The translations under genes were made by a program, and so were the position numbers. A stretch of DNA of 63,566 nucleotides, counting the filler, from Octopus bimaculoides (lineage: Eukaryota): the NCBI RefSeq assembly GCF_001194135.2. It is 8 parts of 8 records of this genome, joined end to end, with 100 filler letters (N's around TTAATTAATTAA, not from the genome) between each part and the next. Parts side by side here need not be neighbours in the genome. Positions count along the whole stretch, not along the records: positions 1 to 26,272 come from NC_069005.1; 7 more parts are not named here. One strand, 5' to 3'. This document shows positions 13,500 to 24,968 of this stretch, in pieces (the first letter of the stretch is position 1; every line of letters begins with the position of its first letter). Under the pieces are notes generated by a model, which saw only the letters and a program-made list of their open reading frames with translations, searched no databases and was not told where the DNA came from.

Positions 13500-14120
13500 G
13501 GAGAAAAATGCTTAACGGCATTTCGTCCGTCTGTTGTTCTGAGTTCAAATTCCGCCGAGGTCGACTTTGCCTTTCATCCTTTCGGGGGTTAAATAAAATG
13601 AGTACCAGTTGAACACTCAACATTGCTGGCCTTGTGCCAAAATTTAAAACCAATATAAGTAGAGCGCGAAGTGGAGTGAAAGGAATCGTTATTGCCCCGG
13701 ATAAAATGCTTAACGACATTTTGTCCGTCTGTTGTTCTGAGTTCAAATTCCGCCGAAGTTAAATTTGCCTTCCATCCTTTTCAGGGTCAAGAAAATAAGT
13801 ACCAGTTGAAAACTGAGGTCGACGTAATCGGCTTCCCTTTTCCCTTCCCCTCAAAATTGCTGGCCGTGTATCAAAATTTGAAACCAATATTATCACATCT
13901 TAAGGTTGCGAGCTGGCAAAATTGTTAGAACGCCGGACAAAATGCTAAACGGCATCTCGTCCATCTTTACGTTCTGAGTTTAAATTCCACCGAGGTCGAT
14001 TTTGCCTTTCATCTTTTTGGGACCGATAAAATAAAGTACCAGATAACTACTGGAGTCGATGTAATCGACTTACACCGTCCCACGAACTTGCTGAGCGTGT
14101 ATCAACATTTGAAACCGATA
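13500..14120 (+). mobile_element. Cluster of three SINE family E copies or fragments
   Basis: Repeated GTTCTGAGTTCAAATTCCGCCGAGGTCGACTTTGCCTTTCATCC (B-box-containing) at about 13535, 13733 and 13971. Confidence 0.8.
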
Positions 14121-14489
14121 TTTTAACATGTTATCACATCCCATATCTTTGTGTGTGGTAGCTTGATATATCGAACCTATCTACTTCCCAACCGCCTCTC
14201 TCCACGATACTATTTTAGCCCAGTCCCTCCAACTGCATTTTTTATGGTCGTTTCAGGGATGTCTTAGTCTAACTTCCAGATCAACTTCTAGACCTTGACC
14301 TTTATCACGTTGCATGCTTAGCTCTTAACACTATGCCTCTTGTTTGACATCCCCTCTCTCCCAGCAGATCAATCAAATATCAGTATTAACTTTAATCTTC
14401 TCGATCTCAGAAATCTTGTGATAAAACATATTATATGTACAACTTCTCTGCGACGACAAATATTTGGATACTATGAAAAGCAGACAGTC

Positions 14490-15008
14490 ATTGCAGAAGT
14501 GTTAGACTTGTTCCTCGCAGCTATCAATATGAATAGCTGATTACACACGATGTTTACACGCATCCGTTACATAAACTGTTGTGTTAATGTTTTATCTATT
14601 TTTAAGTTACTCCAAGATAAGAAAAAAAATGTGGTTGTGAAGAAACATGTACAGTAAGCAATGGCTGCTTTTATTACAAAATATGAGCTGGCTGGCATGA
14701 ATTGTAGGAAGCTGCGAATGCTGATATTTAAACAACAAACATATTCACGGAACAATTGAAAGAAATAACAGAAGACTATAGTTTCACAGGTTTCACAAAT
14801 TGTTAATGATATAGAAAGACGCCAATTATGGAGGCGAATGCCAACAAGAAATCACATAGACAGAGAAACGATAAGTTATTCATGCTAAGATTTTTTTGGT
14901 TTCTAAAGATGAATTAATGTTGTTGTTTGGAAGTAATACGAGTGGAGTTAATGAGATGAGCCACACGCATGTGAATTGGGTCAACAATCCAAAATCACTA
15001 AAAGACCT
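14490..15008. repeat. Unclassified repeat, inverted partner of 21845-22300
   Basis: 14690-14890 is close to an exact reverse complement of about 21935-22150, with similarity extending on both sides. Confidence 0.85.
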
Positions 15009-15061
15009 TCCCAAAAGTTACACTCTCAGTCAAGAGTGAATATAATATCACATTGTACTTG

Positions 15062-15095
<34 letters not shown>

Positions 15096-15906
15096 GTCAG
15101 AGGCGACTCCAGGCCATCAGCGTCACTTGAGCTCTTCACAGATTTCGCAAAAGACACATACCTGTTCGAAGAATCTCACGTTTTTCCGCAATATTTCTAG
15201 CCTCAAATGGTTTATTTCTTTTTTTATATCTAGCACTATGTCTCTCCATTTCTAAGTTAAGGGTAAAAATAAAGCAACCCTGCAAAACACAACCGATCTT
15301 TACCCACAGGCGCACAGAATAACATCAATCAAATAACGACAGCGGAGTGCACAACAAACAGCAGTGATCTGACTGTTGCCTGTACTCTTGACAAAAGATG
15401 CCAGTTAATCTTTTATTCCTACCAGGCTCGTTCGTATTAGCCGTAGTTGCTGGATAATTTTACGTTCCTTTAAGAATATTGTAGAACGGAAACTTTTCAT
15501 AGATTGGAATTTAAATCCTAATCTCTATAGAAATTTATTGTTCCAAGAAAACATTTAATTTGAATTACTTTTTTATTTTTACGAGTATAGATAACAACTC
15601 GGGCTGTAACTTTTGAGTCCGAGTCAAGCGCGTGTGAACGATGTAGAGAGAACGTCTGCTACGAATGATATTTTTTTTATACAGGGCACCTCTAAGACGA
15701 TCGCCAGACGCTGAAAGAAAATAAATGAAAGGCGACCAGGCTCAGTAAAAGGAGCCCAAGTTATTGACTGCAATTACATACTTGAAGTCAGTGTTGGTAG
15801 AAATTAAATCAGCTTGCAAATACACGTTCACTTTACTAAGTGTATACTCGAGCAGCCTGAGTATCGGAGTCACTACTGATATGTATATATAATTATTATA
15901 TATACA

Positions 15907-16478
15907 CGGGCATACCTTGGCTTAAGTCGTTTTGATTTAAGACGCTCTCGATTATACGTCAGTTTTCAAAAATAAAAAATGGAAAAATAAAAATCAGGTA
16001 AAGTCATTTTACTCGACTTTACGTCTGTTCACCACAAATATTGGAATCGTAAAATCACTAGAAAACCGTTAAAAGCACATAAAATCATGTTACTGTAAAA
16101 TAAATAAGAATAAAAGCATATAAAATCATATTAAAATACGTACAGTAAATGTTAAGATGCACACCATAAAGTAGTGTAGCTTAGTGAACAAAATCATGAA
16201 ATCAGCTGTGTTGTCTTATTTATCGGTCTTTCGGAGTTCATATTGCACTGTAGTTCCAATATCTACCGTTAGGCGTCGTTGTCATTCATGATTCCTGCGA
16301 TTGTTTTAAATTAAGATTTGTTTACGTCTGTATATCGGCTACCTTCTCATTCTCATTCGTTTGTGACTTTATTTTTTGCCCCCATGGCTCCTAAGAAAAT
16401 TCATAGTGAAAGCGCTAAGCGTCATGCAGAAATAAGTGTCTTGCTATAGAGGAGGCACATGGTTAACCAGTCAGAGTG

Positions 16479-16541
<63 letters not shown>

Positions 16542-17192
16542 NNNNNNNNNNTGAGGTTTATTCTTTGTAAGCCTAGTACTTATTCTATTGGTCTCTTTTG
16601 TCGAACCGCTAAGTTACGGGGACGTAAACACACCAGCATCGGCTTTCAAGCAATGCTAGGGGGACAGACACACAAACATACATGCTGGATGATAAACTGG
16701 CTATGATGAAACGCCATGAAAAAGGTGAAAAAGTGGTATCAGTTGCACGATCTTTTGGGTTGAGTCGGACAACTGCATCGACGATTGTACATAATAAGGA
16801 CAAGATTTTAGCACATATCAAATCTGAAGCCCCAGGGATGGAGAACACTGTTATCGATAAAAAAAAATTATTTGTTTGGAAGCTTAAAATAGGTTTTTAT
16901 TAACCATATATTATTGAAAATGCATTCATAAAGTAGAGAACTGGGAATGGTTAGTATCGGTTTAGCTTAGAGACAAGCAAATTCGGCCTAGCCTAGCCTA
17001 GCCTAGAGACAAATTAATTCGACTTAAGTCGTTTTTCGACTTAAGTCGTTTTTCGACTTAAGTCGTTTTCGACTTAAGTCGTTTTTCGACTTAAGTCGTT
17101 TTCGACTTAAGTCGTTTTTCGACTTAAGTCGTTTTTCGACTTAAGTCGTGTCTCCTGGAACCCAATTAACGCCGTAGGGTGAGGTGTGCCTG
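15907..17192 (+). mobile_element. Non-autonomous Tigger/pogo element with CENP-B-type HTH remnant
   Basis: Ends CGGGCATACCTT... and ...GAGGTGTGCCTG followed by TA. MAPKKIHSESAKR (16384) and LDDKLAMMKRHEKGEKVVSVARSFGLSRTTASTIVHNKDKILAHIK (16685-16830) are split by an insertion. Confidence 0.8.
17020..17148. repeat. Minisatellite: 8 copies of palindrome CGACTTAAGTCG separated by T4-5
   Basis: Copies start at 17020, 17037, 17054, 17070, 17087, 17103, 17120 and 17137. Confidence 0.97.
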
Positions 17193-17674
17193 TATATATG
17201 CGTGCATATGCATATACACTCCTGCACTCCTACATAATATACATATGTAGGTCTCATGTAGATGATATGACTATTTTTCATTTCACGTGCTTAAAGTGGG
17301 AGGTGGATTGTTCAGTGTTAACGTCATCCTCCATATTGAATTGCTAACTGTGCTCAGTACAGATCAATTCGGAATGTTTCAATGATGCTAACGGAAGGAA
17401 ATAATTCTGCATGGAAAACCACTTGAGACCTATATTCTCTCCCTTTCCGAAATCCACTGAATTACATTTGTGCGCTCTCAAAGCCTTCATTGTCCTCCCA
17501 AAATACTTAAATTTAAGCTGTTGGGCTGATTTCTCCTCACTTCCGTTTGCTCATCAAATATACTATCTTTACACAACTGCTACTACTTATAGCTCAAGAA
17601 GTGGAATCCTGTCCTTGGCCTCCCAGTCTACTAGAAAAAAGGTGTCAAGTTTCAAACGACACATTAACCCGCCG

Positions 17675-18295
17675 TCATCATCATCCTCATCATCATCCTC
17701 ATCATCATCATCATCATCATCATCGTCATCGTGGTCGTCGTGGTCGTCGACGTCATCGTTTAACGTCCATATTCCATCCATGCATGGGTAGGACGGTTAA
17801 CAGGAGCCGGCCATGTAGAAAAACTACCCTAGGCTACTGTGTCTGTTTTGGCAGGAATTTTACGGCTGGATGCCCTTCCTGACACCAACCACCCTGCAGA
17901 GTGGTCTCACTTTTTACATGGCACTAGCACAGGGGAGGTTAGTTTTGGCAGGATTTTTACAGCTGGATGCTCTTCCAAACGTCATACGTTACAGTGTGGT
18001 CTGGATGCTTTTAACGCGGCACCAGCACTGACAGAGTAACCAAGTAACTGCCAAGACAAGGAATTATGAGAGGGGCAGGGGCATTTGAGGAGGGGAACTA
18101 GTATCAGTGGATGAAAGGTTAGAGTGTGACAAAGAGACAGAAGCAGGTGTCTTGTCACAACAGAGGGGGCATTAGAGGAAGTGATTCAGTATCAGATGAT
18201 GAAAGGTGAGAGTGTAACAGAGAAATAGAGAAGCAGAAATAAGTGTCTTGCTATAGAGGAGGGACATGGTTAACCAGTCAGAGTGAGTCAGAGTG

Positions 18296-18300
<5 letters not shown>
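17675..18300 (-). mobile_element. Retroposon-like repeat with (ATG)n tail on the minus strand
   Basis: (CAT)n at 17675-17758 next to the motif GGCTGGATGCCCTTCCTGACACCAAC, partly repeated near 17960. Family not determined. Confidence 0.55.
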
Positions 18301-18334
<34 letters not shown>

Positions 18335-18763
18335 AAGAGCGAGAGAAGAGAAATAGAGATTTTGAGAGAGAGATACAAGAGGTCAGAAACAAGTGTGCTG
18401 ATGTAAAGGAGATATTTGGTTACAGAGGAAAACAATATATNNNNNNNNNNNNNNNNNNNNNNNNNNNNNNNNNNNNNNNNNNNNNNNNNNNNNNNNNNNN
18501 NNNNNNNNNNNNNNNNNNNNNNNNNNNNNNNNNNNNNNNNNNNNNNNNNNNNNNNNNNNNNNNNNNNNNNNNNNNNNNNNNNNNNNNNNNNNNNNNNNNN
18601 NNNNNNNNNNNNNNNNNNNNNNNNNNNNNNNNNNNNNNNNNNNNNNNNNNNNNNNNNNNNNNNNNNNNNNNNNNNNNNNNNNNNNNNNNNNNNNNNNNNN
18701 NNNNNNNNNNNNNNNNNNNNNNNNNNNNNNNNNNNNNNNNNNNNNNNNNNNNNNNNNNNNNNN

Positions 18764-18808
<45 letters not shown>

Positions 18809-18814
18809 CATATA

Positions 18815-18980
18815 TACGACGGGCTTCTTCCAGTTTCCGTCTACCAAATCCATTCACAAGGCTTTGGTTGGCCCGTGACTATAGTAGAAGACACTTGCCC
18901 AAGATGCCACGCAGTGGGACTGAACTCGGAACCATGTGGTTGATAAGCAAGCTACTTACCACACAGCCACTCCTGCGCCT
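18815..18980 (-). mobile_element. SINE family A head
   Basis: Matches 20977-21140. Confidence 0.85.
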
Positions 18981-19023
18981 ATATATATATATATATATAC
19001 ATATATCAACGTGTGTGTGTGTG

Positions 19024-19350
19024 TGAGGACGCACGATTTAGTGGTTACGTTGTTGCACTTGGGATCGCGAGTTCGTGGTTTCAACTCCTAGAACGGGTGA
19101 TGCGTTGTGTTCTTGAGCAAAACACTTCATTTCACGTCACTCTCCGATCACTTCGACACCTGATGTGTGATAGACCGTACACCGGTTCAGGCAACGTCGA
19201 TTTGATAGAAGGAGTGAGCTAATGTACAGCGCATGCATTTGATCACTATAAACAAATCATTTGCGCAGGTCGTTCAGCAAAAACTGATCACTCATACGTC
19301 GTCTCCCAGGTGACGAAACCATCATGATATCCGTGGGACAGCTGATGATG
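19024..19350 (+). mobile_element. tRNA-derived SINE, a further family
   Basis: Degenerate A/B boxes plus the TGTTCTTGAGCAAAACACTT core shared with families B and D, followed by a different 3' part. Confidence 0.6.
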
Positions 19351-19451
19351 GAGGTATGTTGGATTGTTGGTATGGTTACGGAATAGTATACAACACATCC
19401 TTTTGATATATATACATATATACATACATATATGTATATATATACATACAT

Positions 19452-19483
<32 letters not shown>

Positions 19484-19582
19484 CCTCTTTGTATGTATGT
19501 ATGTATGTATGGATGGGTGGATGGATGGGTGGATGGATGGATGCATGTAAGTATGTATGTATGTATGTATGTATGTATTTGA

Positions 19583-19906
19583 AGGCGCATGGATTAGTGG
19601 TTAGGGCATTCTTTTCTCGATCATAAGATCGTGAGTTCGATTCCCGGCGACGCGTTGTGTCTCTGTGCAAGACACTTTATTTCACGTTGTTCCAGTTCAC
19701 TCAGCCGGCAAAAATAATGAGTAGTACCTGTATTTCAAAGGGCCAACCTTGTCACATCCTGTGTCACACTGAATCTCCTTGAGAACTGCGTTAAGGGCAC
19801 TCATGTCTGTGGAGTGCTCAGCCACTTGCACGTTAATTTCACGAGCAAGCTGTTCCGTTGATCGTATCAGCGGGGACCCTCGTCGTCGTAACTGAGGGAG
19901 TGCTCC
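19583..19906 (+). mobile_element. SINE family B, full length
   Basis: Head GGCGCATGGATTAGTGGTTAGGGC...GAGTTCGATTCCCGG and body matching 23944-24300. Confidence 0.85.
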
Positions 19907-20329
19907 TATGTATGTATGTACGTACGTATATGTACGTACGTACTTTTGTATGTATGTATGTATGTATGTTTGCGAGTGAGTTTTAAAATAGCTGTCACAA
20001 TTTTTGTTTGTTTTTAGTATTTCGTTATTTCAAACAACTGAGATGTCCATTCCCATATTCGTTTCTGTTTCTGTTCAACGTCACACTTTTTCGTATTTTA
20101 GGCACATGAAGAATATTTTGATGTAAACTCCTACTTTATCCTTTTGATGAGGAAGTGAATTCTTCATTTTGGTTTCCGTTATGTCAGAGCACCGAAATAT
20201 CCTTTGTATAATATAACAATTTTTTAAATTCCATTTTCCGCATTTTTCTTTTTCTTTTCTTTTTTTTTTTTTCTTACCCCTCTTCCTTCCAGTAACGCCA
20301 ACAAATTTTTCAGGGGGGGGGGTCTCTCT

Positions 20330-20625
20330 CGGCGAAAGGCCATCTTTAATATAACTAGGACAGCATCCCTTGGACTTTAATTCCTCTTCAGGGCCAGAAG
20401 ATATTCAGCTCCCAACAATTACTGACATTCTACAAAGCTCAAGTGAGGATCAAAATGGAGTATTGAAACCACATTCTGGGCCACATTCAGAGAAGGATCT
20501 TTCAACTGATTGGTACCAAATCATCCACAGACACACCCCAGATATTCGACCCCCCAAAACGTACTGTCTCTTCACTAGGTCTTTTCCATCGCTACTATAA
20601 TGACCTCTGGCCTTCAAAGCTGATA
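20330..20625 (+). mobile_element. LINE fragment, region C-terminal to RT (I/Jockey/CR1-group-like)
   Basis: Frame FSSQQLLTFYKAQVRIKMEY*NHILGHIQRRIFQLIG...SSLGLFHRYYN resembles the LYKAQVRPxMEY...IQRRAxRLI motif. Confidence 0.7.
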
Positions 20626-20726
20626 GATCTTGTACGTTCTACATTCGTTTCTCTGACTTATATCTCAAGTTTGACATAGGACAGAGAGTCGACTAGAAGT
20701 CTCATACAAACCATCATGTCCAGTTA

Positions 20727-21140
20727 CTCTCTCTTTACTCTTACTTGTTTTAGTCATTTGACTGTGGCCATGCTGGAGCACCGCCTTTAGTCGAGCAAGT
20801 CGACCCCAGGACTTATTCTTTGTAAGCCTAGTACTTATTCTATCGGTCACTTTTGCCGAACCGCTAAGTTACGGGGACGTAAACACACCAGCATCGGTCG
20901 TCAAACGATGTTGGGGGGGGGACAAATACAGACACAAATATACACACACACACATATACATATATATACATATATACGACGGGCTTCTTTCAGTTTCCGT
21001 CTACCAAATCCACTCACAAGGCTTTGGTCGGCCCGAGGCTATAGTAGAAGACACTTGCCCAAGGTGCCACGCAGTGGGACTGAACCCAGAACCATGTGGT
21101 TGGTAAGCAAGCTACTTACCACACAGCCACTCCTACGCCT
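20727..21140 (-). mobile_element. SINE family A, complete ungapped copy
   Basis: tRNA-like head (21140-20977), internal CA/TA microsatellite (about 20925-20976), then the 3' module. Confidence 0.9.
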
Positions 21141-21437
21141 TTGTTTTTTTTTTACCAAAACATAAGCAAGTTTGAACGGAATCGTTATGCCTTAAGATGA
21201 TTGGTTTGGGGGTACTGAAGGGTTGTGGGATCTGTCTCTGGCAGCAGAGTCTTCAAATAGAGGGAGTTTCTGTTATTCTTTATAATGTCAACAGCTTCTT
21301 ACTTCTGTACCAGCCCTTTTTAAAAAATATATTTTAAGGTATTTCTTTAGCTCTGTAGAAACAGTTCGACTTCGCTCGATAGTTGAATACTGGGTCACGA
21401 AAATATAAAACGGCATTTGACTGAGCTTCATCTAGAC

Positions 21438-21756
21438 CAGCGGTTCTCAACCGGAGGCCATATGGTCCCTCTGGGAGGCCATATGGTCCCTCGGGGAGGC
21501 CATATGGTCCCTTGGGGAGGCCATATGGCCCTCGGGCACCCATATAAGATTTTGTTGTTAAATTTCAGGTGCAATAAATTGATTGTATTTATGTAATACG
21601 CAAAATATTTTAACAATTTTTCATAGAATTCCAAATAATATTCAATCATAAAAATATAATAGGGCTTTTTAGACATCGAACAGCTATAAGGGTCCACCGA
21701 AATAAAAACAGGGATTAAAGGGATCCATAGGTTAAAAAAATGGTTGAGAACCACTG
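21438..21756. mobile_element. hAT (Charlie-like) MITE with four internal 21-bp tandem repeats
   Basis: TIRs CAGCGGTTCTCAACC and GGTTGAGAACCACTG. 8-bp TSD ATCTAGAC / ATCTGGAT fits the NTCTAGAN preference. Repeats GGAGGCCATATGGTCCCT.. at 21453-21536. Confidence 0.92.
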
Positions 21757-21844
21757 ATCTGGATCTTTAAGAGAAAAGGAATGGCACAGAAGTTTCTTTG
21801 TTACCTCTGCTATTTTAGCCTTTTCAAGAATGTTCATCTATTTT

Positions 21845-22300
21845 AGTCTTTTAGTGACTTTGGACTGTTGACACAATTCACATGCGTGTGGCTGATCTCA
21901 TTATCGCCACTCGTATTACTTCCAAACAGCAACTCAAAAATCTTAGCATGAATAACTTATCGTTTCTCTGCCTATGTGATTTCTTGTTGGCATTCGCCTC
22001 CATAATTGGCGTCTTTCTATATCATTAACAATTTGTGAAACCTGTGAAACTATAATAGTCTTCTGTTATTTCTTTCAATTGTTCCGTGAATATGTTTGTT
22101 TCTTAAATATCAGCACTCGCAGCTTCCTACAATTCTTGCCAGCCAGCTCATAAAAGCAGTCATTGCAGCCACATTTTTTTACTTATCTTTAAGCAACTTA
22201 AAAATAGATAAAGCCTTAACGCAACAGTTTACGGACGCGGGCAAGTATCGTGCTTAATCGGTTATTCATCTCGATAACTGCAAGAAATCGGGCAGACCAT
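21845..22300. repeat. Unclassified repeat, inverted partner of 14490-15008
   Basis: Reverse-complement match to 14490-15008. Confidence 0.85.
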
Positions 22301-22423
22301 TTCTGAATCATGCACTCTTGTAGACTGCAAAGCTCGCGAACTTTTCATTTGTTTCAGACAGTTTTTGATCTATTATAATCGCACACGTAGCTAACTGATC
22401 AAGAAAATTTGAAGGTTATATTT

Positions 22424-22465
<42 letters not shown>

Positions 22466-22810
22466 AAGGCCCATGACTCGGTGATTAGAGCGTCGGGCTC
22501 ACAATCATGAGGTAGTGAGTTCGATTCCCGGACTGGGCTGCGTGTTCTGTTCTTGAGCAAGACACTTTATTTCACGTTGCTCCAGTTCACTCAGCTGTAT
22601 AAACGAGTTGTGACGTCACTGGTGCCAAGCTGTATCGGCCCCTTTGCTTTTCCCTTGGATAACATTGGTGGCGTGGAGAGGGAAGGCTGATATGAAAGGC
22701 AAAGTCGACCTCGGCGGAATTTGAACTCAGAACATAGCGGCAGACGAAATATTGCTAAGCATTTCACCCGGCGTGCTAACGTTTCTACCAGCTCACCGCC
22801 TTAGCATGTT
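22466..22810 (+). mobile_element. SINE family D copy joined to a minus-strand family E fragment
   Basis: 22466-22690 matches the reverse complement of 7040-7270. 22700-22810 carries AAAGTCGACCTCGGCGGAATTTGAACTCAG. Confidence 0.75.
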
Positions 22811-23454
22811 AATATATTACGGAACGAAAGGAACGGCTGACAGCGATTTATGGTTAGAGATAAAGCGGCGGAAGGTTGGGGGCTGAAACATATACGCAGA
22901 CACACAAATACATTGGTATATAATTACACAGTGAAGGTGTGTGGCTTAGTGGTTAGGTTATTCGTGTCACGATCGTGAGTTCGATTCCCAGCGACACGTT
23001 GTGTCCTTGAGCAAGACACTTTTTTTTCACATTGCTGCGCTGGCAAAAATGAGTAATTCAAAGGACCGGCCTAGCTACATTTTGTGTTACGCTGAATCTG
23101 TCTGAGTAAGTCGATTACATCTCAACCCCAGTGCTCGACTGGTACTTATTTTATCGACACCGAAAGGATGAAAGGCAAAGTCGACCTCGGCGGAATTTGA
23201 AATCAGAACATAACGGGGATCTATTTTAAAACGGGGGCCACAGTTTTCATTAATGTTTTACGTAGTGTTTTTGGTACGGAAAGACTTTCAAACTTCGTAT
23301 ACTTATCTATTTTGTGTTATAGAACAGAAAAAAATGTTTGTATTCGAATTCATTTCATGTAAAAAATTGTCTTATTTCGATAATTTCTACTAATCACTGA
23401 CGTCTATTCAGTTGAAAACAGTTAGCGCTGTAACGGTGTATATCGTATTAATCC

Positions 23455-23531
23455 CCTAACCCTAACACTAACCCTAACACTAACCCTAACTAGACTGTTA
23501 ACCGTAACCGTAACCCTAACCCTAACCCTAA
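23455..23531. repeat. Interstitial degenerate (CCCTAA)n telomere-like tract
   Basis: CCCTAA / CACTAA / CCGTAA units running into an N gap. Confidence 0.85.
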
Positions 23532-23943
23532 NNNNNNNNNNNNNNNNNNNNNNNNNNNNNNNNNNNNNNNNNNNNNNNNNNNNNNNNNNNNNNNNNNNNN
23601 NNNNNNNNNNNNNNNNNNNNNNNNNNNNNNNNNNNNNNNNNNNNNNNNNNNNNNNNNNNNNNNNNNNNNNNNNNNNNNNNNNNNNNNNNNNNNNNNNNNN
23701 NNNNNNNNNNNNNNNNNNNNNNNNNNNNNNNNNNNNNNNNNNNNNNNNNNNNNNNNNNNNNNNNNNNNNNNNNNNNNNNNNNNNNNNNNNNNNNNNNNNN
23801 NNNNNNNNNNNNNNNNNNNNNNNNNNNNNNNNNNNNNNNNNNNNNNNNNNNNNNNNNNNNNNNNNNNNNNNAATTTGCCCGGGATGATAACAATCCCGTT
23901 AGATCACTGCCTTCGCGCTGATCTTATGTTGAAAGCTTTAGTG

Positions 23944-24300
23944 GAGGCGCAATGGCCTAGTGGTTAGGGCAGCGGACTCGCGGTTTCGATTCCCAGACCG
24001 GGCGTTGTGAGTGTTTATTGAGCGAAAACACCTAAAGCTCCACGAGGCTCTGGCAGGGGATGGTGGCGAACCCTGCTGTACTCTTTCACCACAACTTTCT
24101 CTCACTCTTTCTTCCTGTTTCTGTTGTACCTGTATTTCAAAGGGCCAGCCTTGTCACACTCTGTGTCACGCTGAATCTCTCCGAGAACTACGTTAAGGGT
24201 ATACGTGTCTGTGGAGTACTCAGCCATTTGCATGTTAATTTCACGAGCAAGCTGTTCCGTTGATCGGATCAACTGGAACCCTCGTCATCGTAACTGACTG
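23944..24300 (+). mobile_element. SINE family B, full length
   Basis: Head GGCGCAATGGCCTAGTGGTTAGGGC...GGTTTCGATTCCC and body matching 19583-19906. Confidence 0.85.
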
Positions 24301-24782
24301 TGACAGGAATTGTATAACCAAGTATCATCATAAATAAACCTTTTTATTATATTGTTAATTGTTCTACTGTCTCTTCATTTATAATGCTGTTGAAAGGTGA
24401 TAGAGAGAGACTAAAGTCTCTATGACAACTATCTAACTTTTTACATGACGAAGTGCCATCCATGTTGAAAGCTTTTGATATTTACTCTTAACAAAATCAA
24501 GAACCAGAAACATTTATATTATTTTATTTTTGACTGTGATATATAAAAACTGAATAAATCGATCAGGTGGCAGAATTATTTGCGTGCATGAGACAAAATA
24601 TTTATCAGCATATCTTCTGACATTTTATGTTATGAGTTCCGTCACTGCCGAGGTCAACTTTAACTTTCATCCTTTTGGGGTCGATAAAATAAAATATCAG
24701 TTAAGTAAAGGGGTCAATGTAATCGACTTGCCCGACTCGCATACATATATCATACATATGTTTGTGTATGTGTGTGTATGCA

Positions 24783-24813
<31 letters not shown>

Positions 24814-24941
24814 TTGTGGAGAGAGTGAGAGAGAGAGCAAAGCAAATACAAATAACTGAAAGACAATAAAAGTCCATGGGTCATTTAGTTAATATAATGA
24901 CGTCGACGCTCAAAAAATTTTTTAAAATAGAGGAAAAGTAT

Positions 24942-24968
24942 AACGTTTCGGACTTAGTCCTTCGTCGA
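24942..24968 (-). ncRNA. Degenerate minimal hammerhead-like motif
   Basis: Minus strand TCGACGA-A-GGAC-TAA-GTCC-GAAAC-GTT. Perfect stem II, but the core has TC instead of CT. Confidence 0.45.

Noticed and set aside
16426-16541. Segment matching 18233-18330 inside the Tigger element
   Set aside because: It ends in (AG)n at a gap and belongs to a repeat, so it cannot be distinguished from misassembly.
17020-17148. Palindromic arrays (also 21453-21536) as CRISPR
   Set aside because: No unique spacers, no cas genes, eukaryotic transposon context.
19583-19660. tRNA-like A/B-box sequences as tRNA genes (all SINE heads)
   Set aside because: No complete cloverleaf, and each runs into a shared SINE body.
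23455-23531. True chromosome telomere
   Set aside because: Short, degenerate and flanked by ordinary sequence on both sides.
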